The position numbers and the translations under genes were made by a program. Positions 39,087 through 46,423 of a DNA stretch of 64,000 nt are shown in pieces. Source of the DNA: a virus; IMG/VR virus record IMGVR_UViG_3300022602_000058, positions 26,085 through 90,084 of that record. One strand, given 5' to 3'. The notes below the pieces were generated by a model. The model was not told the DNA's origin. It did no database searches and saw nothing but the letters and a program-made list of their open reading frames with translations. Numbering within the stretch: position 1 is the first letter of the stretch; every line of letters begins with the position of its first letter.

Positions 39087-39752
39087 TTAATTAATTTCAG
39101 CCACATGATGATCAAATGTCACTTGATCATACAGCCTGAATTTTGCTCTTAGCTCAGCAAAGGAAATAGGTTTAGAACATATTTCAACACCAACATCCAT
39201 TGTCTTTGCCTTATAGAGAAGCTTTCCGAGCTCAGACTTATATAGATTACCATGAGAATGACTATGAAGCTGCCAAGCTCCTTTATGCTGACCGTTCCAG
39301 GTAGCCTGTGCATAATGACACATGACAATAGCCTGTCCATTCACTACAACCTCGAGATAGTTTGGAACAAAGTGAATTAGCTTCTCATGGCCATTAACAT
39401 TGAGAACATTCTCATGTAATGAATCTAGGATCTGTTTGTACCCTGCCTGATGGTTACCAGGGAGAATATAGAGCTCTTTAAAGTTAAGTCTGTTAAAAAG
39501 CTTTAACAACCTCTCATCAGCTTTGTATCCAAAGATAGTATCACCTAAAAGGAAGCCAATAGTGTTCTTATTAGCTTTTGAGTTCCAGTTTTTAATTAGA
39601 CCCTCATCATGCTCCTCAGAACTGTTATACCCTCTGGTCTTCCAGATAGGAACATCCCATTTTGGATCATGACCATAGTGCATGCAGCCCCAGAACAGAA
39701 CATTATGATCTGTTGAGCTAACCTTTACAGGTTTATAAAATACATCCTTCAT
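39087..39752 (-). CDS. Calcineurin-like metallophosphoesterase
   Basis: GCMHYGH, LLGD, PGNH, MCHY, HSHSH, DVGVE; start taken at MKDVFY after TTGAAG-N17-TACTAT. Confidence 0.85.
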   Translation of the reverse strand: MKDVFYKPVKVSSTDHNVLFWGCMHYGHDPKWDVPIWKTRGYNSSEEHDEGLIKNWNSKANKNTIGFLLGDTIFGYKADERLLKLFNRLNFKELYILPGNHQAGYKQILDSLHENVLNVNGHEKLIHFVPNYLEVVVNGQAIVMCHYAQATWNGQHKGAWQLHSHSHGNLYKSELGKLLYKAKTMDVGVEICSKPISFAELRAKFRLYDQVTFDHHVAEIN

Positions 39753-39790
39753 ACCAATAATAGTATATCCAACCCTAGGACACTTCAAGT

Positions 39791-40060
39791 TTATTCTTCT
39801 TCTATCTTATATCTATTTGTATTTTCAAATCTATTTGCTACAAATACTTCAAAAGCTTCTAGAATATCCTCTTCAAATTGAACTTGGTCCTGTTCATCAA
39901 CCATATCAACAACACAATCTAAGATTGCTGTCATAAAGCCAGCTATCTGAGTACTTCTCAAGCTATCATCATAATCTAGAGTCTTTATTGCAGGGTTACC
40001 TTTATACATCCCTACAACGAAAACAGGGACAAAGTCTTCATCGTTTGCTTTATTGCTCAT
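39791..40060 (-). CDS. Acidic hypothetical protein
   Basis: 89 aa ORF. Confidence 0.65.
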   Translation of the reverse strand: MSNKANDEDFVPVFVVGMYKGNPAIKTLDYDDSLRSTQIAGFMTAILDCVVDMVDEQDQVQFEEDILEAFEVFVANRFENTNRYKIEEE

Positions 40061-40181
40061 CGTACCCCTTCCATATTACATCAAATAACCAATAAGGCAA
40101 ATAAGCATAACTAAGAATATAGAATCTTTTTCTCCAAGACATTCCTTCAGTAATATACAGAAATCTTTTAAGGAATTTCAT
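40050..40181 (-). CDS. Small hypothetical protein, 43 aa (not in the ORF track)
   Basis: Manual translation MKFLKRFLYITEGMSWRKRFYILSYAYLPYWLFDVIWKGYDEQ; overlaps both neighbours and fills the gap. Confidence 0.5.
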   Translation of the reverse strand: MKFLKRFLYITEGMSWRKRFYILSYAYLPYWLFDVIWKGYDEQ

Positions 40182-40527
40182 TACCTAAAAGCTTTTTGCA
40201 CAAATTATTACAAGAGATCCTATACTCACACTCCATAGGATCTCTTGCCTCAATGGCATTGAAATACTGCTCATCATTCTCAATAAACTCTTCTTTTAAC
40301 TGCTTTTTAAAATCAGGGTTGAGCTTAGCACTAATCAACTCAAGAATAGGTTTAACATCTAGATCTGATAAATGTAAAGTAATTTCAGAGTTATCATATT
40401 CTGAACCATAATTAAACTCAAGCTTTAGAGTTACAGGAGGATGATAGAGATCACCAAAAGGTTCCCCGGTAAAGTCAGAAAAGTAAGTTACTTCTTCGTG
40501 TTGTTTTGGAACTAATATTTTTTTCAT
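40168..40527 (-). CDS. Hypothetical protein
   Basis: 119 aa ORF, ATGA-coupled to the upstream gene. Confidence 0.65.
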   Translation of the reverse strand: MKKILVPKQHEEVTYFSDFTGEPFGDLYHPPVTLKLEFNYGSEYDNSEITLHLSDLDVKPILELISAKLNPDFKKQLKEEFIENDEQYFNAIEARDPMECEYRISCNNLCKKLLGNEIP

Positions 40528-41408
40528 GATTTGTTTAAAGAGTTGTAGATGTCATCATAAGCTCCAAGAGAAGCATACTGTTTCTTTTTTAATGCTTTCT
40601 GCTCCTCTTGGAACTTTCTTTCTGATTCTTGATAAAAGTTCTCTACTCCTGTATTGATGATATTATAGGTACCATCTTCTAGGATTTCAAGAACTTGTTG
40701 AAGACCACAATCAATATCAATACAAAGTCCCTTATTTCGAGTCTCCTCTATATCAATACCATGACGCATGGGTGTATGGCCATAGACCTGCTTAATACCT
40801 GATTGATCATTCCAGTATGAACCTGTATAGGGTTCTTGAAAATGATCTCGCCAAACCGCACCACCGACCCGATGAATGCCCCCCCTACACTTTCCAGCTC
40901 CAGCTAGTTCTTTACTAAAGATTCTCGCATCAAAATCCTGTTGTATCTTCTTGAGCTTAATATTAATTATCTCATTATCCATACCATAAGGCGGGCTTGA
41001 GAACCAAAACGGATGAAAGCCAGCGTGTGAAAACCAAAAACCATTTTCATAATGAGCAAATTTGAGCTTATCCCAGTCTTCATTAGTCATGATTCTGTTA
41101 ATAGCGTCATCCTTCTGCGGGGTATAACCTATGCATTTATAAATTTGATCGCCGATATTAGAGCCAGGACGAATATTTTTATAGTGATAGCTCAAATCAT
41201 GATTACCAATAAGAGCGACGTGATTAGCTTTGTTTATAAATCCTTTAAGCCATTTAGCCGTTTGATCAGCATTAATAGCAGAATCACCAAAGTCATCGAA
41301 GAAATCCCCGACTGCAACAATAGTGTGCGTATCAGTGTACATTTCAACAATATGCTGTGCCTCGACGATATGGTTATGAATATCACCCACGCATAGTAAT
41401 TTAGCCAT
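40524..41408 (-). CDS. Calcineurin-like metallophosphoesterase
   Basis: GDIHN, GDFFD, GNHD, SHAG, YGHT. Confidence 0.9.
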   Translation of the reverse strand: MAKLLCVGDIHNHIVEAQHIVEMYTDTHTIVAVGDFFDDFGDSAINADQTAKWLKGFINKANHVALIGNHDLSYHYKNIRPGSNIGDQIYKCIGYTPQKDDAINRIMTNEDWDKLKFAHYENGFWFSHAGFHPFWFSSPPYGMDNEIINIKLKKIQQDFDARIFSKELAGAGKCRGGIHRVGGAVWRDHFQEPYTGSYWNDQSGIKQVYGHTPMRHGIDIEETRNKGLCIDIDCGLQQVLEILEDGTYNIINTGVENFYQESERKFQEEQKALKKKQYASLGAYDDIYNSLNKS

Positions 41409-41442
41409 GTATAAAGTATAGATACTTTAGGCGGAAAGGCAA

Positions 41443-41524
41443 TAAAAAACTCTCGAGACGATATTGATGTGTCATGACCAATATTAGTACAAACGACTAT
41501 AGTCGCAAAGTTCGTCTCGAGAGC
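41443..41524 (-). ncRNA. Predicted structured small RNA divergent from, and partly antisense to, the LAGLIDADG nuclease mRNA 5' end
   Basis: 12-bp perfect inverted repeat 41450-41461/41512-41523; inner hairpin CGAC-TATA-GTCG 41494-41505; T-tract on the minus strand; TAAGTA 5 nt before the predicted +1; 41470-41490 matches 41536-41556 at 19/21. Confidence 0.6.
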
Positions 41525-41537
41525 ATAAATACTTATG
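41524..41537. promoter_or_regulatory. Bidirectional late-promoter quasi-palindrome CATAAATACTTATG
   Basis: Exact reverse complement of 38377-38390; TAAATA on +, TAAGTA on -. Confidence 0.6.
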
Positions 41538-41539
41538 TC

Positions 41540-42397
41540 ATGACAAATATTATTACTACACGAGAACTCTCTTTCAATAAAAAGAATAAATTAACATCTG
41601 AACAAAAGCTGCAGATATGTAGGCGGTACATAGAGGGGGAAAGCTGTGAAAGTTTATCACGTACATTTAATGTATGGTGCGGTACGGTGGTTCGCCTACT
41701 AAAACGTAATAACATTCAAAGACGGGATCATAGAACATCATGTTCAAGATACAAATTTAATCATAGATTTTTTACAAATATTGATACAGAGGCTAAAGCA
41801 TATTTTATTGGATTTGTATTAGCTGACGGTTGTGTGCGCCGCGATTGCCTAACAATCCAATTACATCAACAAGACACGCATATTCTTGAATATTTTATTA
41901 GCTGTATAGAAGGTGACTGTAAACTCTACTCTAGTAAACAAAGAAACGGGGACGTACACCCTGTATTAAAGCTGTCTTCTCTACAAATGATTACCGATCT
42001 AAAGCAGCACGGTATAATAGAAAACAAAACATACAATTTAACAACATTACCCGCAATACCTGAACATTTAGAAAGACATTTCTGGAGAGGGGTTATGGAT
42101 GGTGATGGGTGCGTGTACTTATCTAAAGATAAAAAACAATTTCAAGCGTTTATATGTAATTATCTGAAGCACCCTATCGATGCATTTGAATCTTTTTTAC
42201 TTAGGAATAATATCGAAACACGAGGTATAATAAAATACCCTGGTGTTTATAACTTAACACTATGTAACAAATATGCTCTTAAATTTCTTAAGTTAATTTA
42301 TACAGATTCTGATCCCGAACTCTGCTTAAAGAGAAAATATGAAAAGTATTTAAAATATACAGACTCAGGATATGTCAATGAAGAAAGTAGAGAATAG
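41540..42397 (+). CDS. LAGLIDADG homing endonuclease with N-terminal HTH
   Basis: KAYFIGFVLADGCV and RHFWRGVMDGDGCV; likely start is ATG 41540 (the ORF-track start 41474 lies in the upstream duplicated segment). Confidence 0.88.
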   Translation: MTNIITTRELSFNKKNKLTSEQKLQICRRYIEGESCESLSRTFNVWCGTVVRLLKRNNIQRRDHRTSCSRYKFNHRFFTNIDTEAKAYFIGFVLADGCVRRDCLTIQLHQQDTHILEYFISCIEGDCKLYSSKQRNGDVHPVLKLSSLQMITDLKQHGIIENKTYNLTTLPAIPEHLERHFWRGVMDGDGCVYLSKDKKQFQAFICNYLKHPIDAFESFLLRNNIETRGIIKYPGVYNLTLCNKYALKFLKLIYTDSDPELCLKRKYEKYLKYTDSGYVNEESRE

Positions 42398-42479
42398 CCT
42401 TAATAAGACTCCACCACATTAAACAACCAAGAATCATTGCTCCTAGCCAAGTAGCTAAGGGTATAAAATCTCTATCCAT
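42375..42479 (-). CDS. Small membrane protein, 34 aa (not in the ORF track)
   Basis: Manual translation MDRDFIPLATWLGAMILGCLMWWSLIKAILYFLH; TTGCAT-N17-TAGCAT upstream. Confidence 0.45.
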   Translation of the reverse strand: MDRDFIPLATWLGAMILGCLMWWSLIKAILYFLH

Positions 42480-42522
42480 CAGTTAATGCTATATACTATT
42501 ATTGGTATATGCAAGCAATATT

Positions 42523-42861
42523 TTAATTATATTGTATTAGATATCCTTTATCAGATAACTTTGAATACCCTGCTACGTTATAGAGTATTATGTCTATGTT
42601 ACCGTATGCACTAATATTTGGTAAATTTACAGTAAATAGATTATCATTTGTATAATAAAAGCTGCTTAATGGTAAGCCATAACCTGTAAAAGCGGGGAAT
42701 AGAGCTGATACTTTATGATTGTTTGTAAAATTATTTACTGTACTTAAACTCGGAAATGTAACATTACCAGAACTAAGGAATACCTGCTGAATATGTTCAA
42801 ACATCCTACCTTGAAATAGAATGGATGCCGTTTGTGGATATGTAACGGTAATATAGTTCAC
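42523..42861 (-). CDS. Hypothetical virion-associated protein (possible Ig-like fold)
   Basis: Beta-rich 112 aa ORF; TAAATA 6 nt upstream. Confidence 0.55.
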   Translation of the reverse strand: MNYITVTYPQTASILFQGRMFEHIQQVFLSSGNVTFPSLSTVNNFTNNHKVSALFPAFTGYGLPLSSFYYTNDNLFTVNLPNISAYGNIDIILYNVAGYSKLSDKGYLIQYN

Positions 42862-42878
42862 TAACTATATTTAATAAA

Positions 42879-44738
42879 TTACTTTTTAAGAGATTGAACT
42901 TCTGCTTTAAGTTCTTTAATAGCCTGAAGAAGAAGTGGTATTATCTTATCGTAATTAACTGCTTTATACCCATCATTGCGTGTAACAACTGCTTCAGGTA
43001 AAACTTGTTCAATTTCCTGTGCTATAACACCAACATCATGACCGGTATGAACAGTTTGAAGTTCAGTATTCCAATCATATTCAACACCGTTTATACTTTC
43101 AATCTTATCTAATGCCGATGTAATTGGTTGTATATTATTCTTTAATTGTCTGTCAGAAGAAGCAAAAGCAATAATATCACCATCAGCACTAATTGTACTA
43201 GTAGCATGAATTGTACCAGTTACGTCAAGTGTTGTAGCTGGAGTTACTGTGTTAATACCAACACAGTGAGTATTATTATTATCAACAAACATTGTAGTAA
43301 CAGTATTTGAATTATCTTGAAAATACGTACCGCCTGTTGCCGGTCGAAGAGCAAGATTAGTACTATCACCGTAAATGTAACCCGTACCACCGAGGTAGAT
43401 ATTATTACTATCAACCTTTAAATTACCATTAACTTCTAATTTCTGGGATGGTGATGATGTACCAATACCAACATTTCCACCGTTAATAGCTGTAGTTATA
43501 TTACCAGATTGATCGATCTTTAAGCGGTTAGTACCAGAACCAAGTACGTTAGTCCAAATATTGAACGTATTATCCGTCTCTTTTGTAATTGTAAACCCTT
43601 GTCCATTGACATTGTTACCTAATTGTAATGCAGCGTAATTTAACGCATTAATCTGTAGGTTACCTACTGGTGATGATGTACCGATACCAACACTACCACC
43701 GAATATCGTAGTACCTGAAGCACTAATTGTACCGAGTACTGATAATTGTACGTTAGGATTTGTTGGGGGTATTACACCAATACCTACACTACCGTAGTTA
43801 TCTACGTAGAAAGATTGAGGTATTGTGCGATTTGTATCTTGTATAACTAGAGAGGGACCTGAGCCTACTTGTTTTATTGAAACGGCCGGTAGAGCATTAT
43901 TAGTTGGTATAAATGTAACCGTTGACTGACCATCGCCAACATTTGTTAGTGTACCGCCTGATAGGTATAAAAATCTATTCGAGATATAAGCGTTAGTACC
44001 TGCGCGAGAATTATAAATTGATTGATCAACATATAATTTGTTTGTTAGATCACTATTATTAACAGGCAACGTACTTACACTAACACTTGTCGTACTACTT
44101 AGTGTACCGAAAACCGTTGCTACCCCGCTCAACGGTACATAGTTATTACCTACATAGTTTCTTGTATATGTTTCTGCTGTTCGGACACCAGAAAGTAATG
44201 CATTAAGATTAACAATATCTATTAAATTAACTGGGTCACTAAGGATAGTACCGCTATTAACACTTATTGAGCTGACATTAAGTGTGTATGAGGTAATATT
44301 ATTTTTAATATTAAGTGAGGAGGTAGTAGGATCTGTACCAGTATCTAAAGTAAGATAAAGAGGATTAAAAATTAATTGACCTGTTGTATAATCAAAAGGA
44401 GAGCCATAAACAGGATGTATATTAGTCCATCCATTAATCTTACTAAAGGAATATAGCTTATTATCAGCGTTACCGTTAGCATCAAAATTTTGAAACGCAA
44501 GATCACCGTTATACGCTAAAGATGAATACTGATCTCTATTATTAACAACACCAAAATTAGTATTACCTACGAGTATACCGCCTTGGGTAACACCGTCACC
44601 TATAAAAAGACGCTTTGTATCAACAGTGTAGCCAAGTTCGCCAGAATAAAAAGTAATATTCTGTCTATCTAAATCAGTACCACGCCTGATAATAATCTTA
44701 ACTACTGTATCTGATGTAACATTAATAGTGTTGGCCAT
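42879..44738 (-). CDS. Tail fibre with Mtd-N-like N-terminus and C-terminal peptidase S74 intramolecular chaperone
   Basis: IIIRRGT..GELGYTVDTKRLFIGDG; G(N/S)VGIGT repeats; SSDRQLKNNI..GVIAQEIEQVLPEAV..VNYDKIIPLLLQAIKEL. Confidence 0.9.
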   Translation of the reverse strand: MANTINVTSDTVVKIIIRRGTDLDRQNITFYSGELGYTVDTKRLFIGDGVTQGGILVGNTNFGVVNNRDQYSSLAYNGDLAFQNFDANGNADNKLYSFSKINGWTNIHPVYGSPFDYTTGQLIFNPLYLTLDTGTDPTTSSLNIKNNITSYTLNVSSISVNSGTILSDPVNLIDIVNLNALLSGVRTAETYTRNYVGNNYVPLSGVATVFGTLSSTTSVSVSTLPVNNSDLTNKLYVDQSIYNSRAGTNAYISNRFLYLSGGTLTNVGDGQSTVTFIPTNNALPAVSIKQVGSGPSLVIQDTNRTIPQSFYVDNYGSVGIGVIPPTNPNVQLSVLGTISASGTTIFGGSVGIGTSSPVGNLQINALNYAALQLGNNVNGQGFTITKETDNTFNIWTNVLGSGTNRLKIDQSGNITTAINGGNVGIGTSSPSQKLEVNGNLKVDSNNIYLGGTGYIYGDSTNLALRPATGGTYFQDNSNTVTTMFVDNNNTHCVGINTVTPATTLDVTGTIHATSTISADGDIIAFASSDRQLKNNIQPITSALDKIESINGVEYDWNTELQTVHTGHDVGVIAQEIEQVLPEAVVTRNDGYKAVNYDKIIPLLLQAIKELKAEVQSLKK

Positions 44739-44772
44739 TGTGATTATTTAGTATAAAAGTAATGAAATCCAA

Positions 44773-46419
44773 TTAGTTCAGATATACAATTTGTTGTGTG
44801 CTCTTGTAAGCCTGTACATCAGCCACTAAAGCAGATAACAAAGCTTGTTGTGCATTAAAGATGTATTGAAACGGGCGATTAATAATATTATTCTGAAATA
44901 TTTCGTTTATACCAATAAAGTTTGTTACATCCTGGTTAAATTGTAGTGTATTCAACTCAGCAGGTAACAGGTAACGAGTACCCGCAAGAAGAGTATCACC
45001 AGAGATAGTATTTTGATTATAGAGGAATCTACTTGAGATATTATCTCTCAGTCTCATATGATTCATTAAAAGTTTAGAAATAGATTTATTAATAACCCAG
45101 TTTTGTAAATATTCTTCTTTACTAATAGTGATGCCACTTAACGGATAAACATCAAACACATCGTCAGTTAGTATACTTGCAACATTAAGATTGTCCTGAA
45201 AGAGGGAGATTCGATTACCACCACCGGTTTGATAGCTAATTGTAAAATTATAATCGTATTTTACATTATTACTCGTCGTTGATAAGGTAGCAAATGTAGT
45301 AAAATTTTGATTTGAAATATTAAATCCACTCAATTGATAACTACCTACTGTATCGTAAGACTTATCAACAAGTTTTTTGTATATATTGTTGTTCGTTATA
45401 AAATAAAAAACGTTTGAGTCAGATTGTGAAAATACAAGACGTTTTACACTATCATTTGCGGCAGATAGTGCTGTAAAATCAAGAATTTGTTTGTTATTAA
45501 AATTATTACTATATTTGTAAACGGTCCAATTTTTATTAAGGACATAATTATTACCAAATTGATCATGTGTAATCTGTACAGGACCGGCAGATAAGAAATC
45601 TCTAAAAAGCCTATATGTTGTAAGCCAATTTAAATTTTTATCGTACGTTTTGATACAGCTATTACCAGCATCTAAAACATAAAGAGTAGAATTATAATAA
45701 TCTATACTAATTGGAGCATTAAATTTTGTATTATCAGTAAAAGCCCCGAATCCACCAGTTTGGTTTTTATAGATAAGAATATTTTGTAATAAATTATCAT
45801 TAGTTAGAAACCCTGACGCATCGTATAGGTATATACTATTACTGCCCTGATCTAAAACATACATTGAATAATCATCTCCAAAAACAATATCTTGAATCTT
45901 TTGAAAATTGATGTTTGAGCCTTGAAACGTTGTATTTGTAATAAAGGCTGTAGTAATGTTTGTAAATGTAGAATTACTTTTTAGAAAATTTAACGTTATA
46001 TCTAAAGGTCCATTATATGTTGTTGTTGCAAGGATATATTGATCTAAGTCCTTATTATATTTTACCGCTAACACGCCAGGTGCTGTTTGAACAACAGCAC
46101 CACTACCTCCAATCGACGGACCTATACTACCGATTAATGCGGAATTAATACCATTATACCAATTAAATGAATTATTATACACCCCAGCAACGGCAACACA
46201 CGTAATTGGTATAACATTTGACGCAACGTGTGCTGATTTATAGAGGTATAGATAATTATCATACAGCTTAGTAATGATATTATTAATATTAAAGTTGTTT
46301 ACTGTTTCATTAGGCTGAATTTTAATCGAGTCAAAGCTAGAATACGGCAAACTTAATGTTGATCCTAGATAACGGTCATAGATTATGCCTTGCTGAGATA
46401 TGATATCGTTAATATTCAT
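44773..46419 (-). CDS. Virion protein with NHL/beta-propeller repeats
   Basis: MYVLDQGSNSIYLYD and FNAPISID..LYVLDAGNSCIKTYD. Confidence 0.65.
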   Translation of the reverse strand: MNINDIISQQGIIYDRYLGSTLSLPYSSFDSIKIQPNETVNNFNINNIITKLYDNYLYLYKSAHVASNVIPITCVAVAGVYNNSFNWYNGINSALIGSIGPSIGGSGAVVQTAPGVLAVKYNKDLDQYILATTTYNGPLDITLNFLKSNSTFTNITTAFITNTTFQGSNINFQKIQDIVFGDDYSMYVLDQGSNSIYLYDASGFLTNDNLLQNILIYKNQTGGFGAFTDNTKFNAPISIDYYNSTLYVLDAGNSCIKTYDKNLNWLTTYRLFRDFLSAGPVQITHDQFGNNYVLNKNWTVYKYSNNFNNKQILDFTALSAANDSVKRLVFSQSDSNVFYFITNNNIYKKLVDKSYDTVGSYQLSGFNISNQNFTTFATLSTTSNNVKYDYNFTISYQTGGGNRISLFQDNLNVASILTDDVFDVYPLSGITISKEEYLQNWVINKSISKLLMNHMRLRDNISSRFLYNQNTISGDTLLAGTRYLLPAELNTLQFNQDVTNFIGINEIFQNNIINRPFQYIFNAQQALLSALVADVQAYKSTQQIVYLN

Positions 46420-46423
46420 TGAT

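Noticed and set aside
41474-41539. N-terminal extension of the LAGLIDADG ORF in the ORF track
   Set aside because: This ATG lies in the duplicated segment of the structured element; the promoter motif points to ATG 41540
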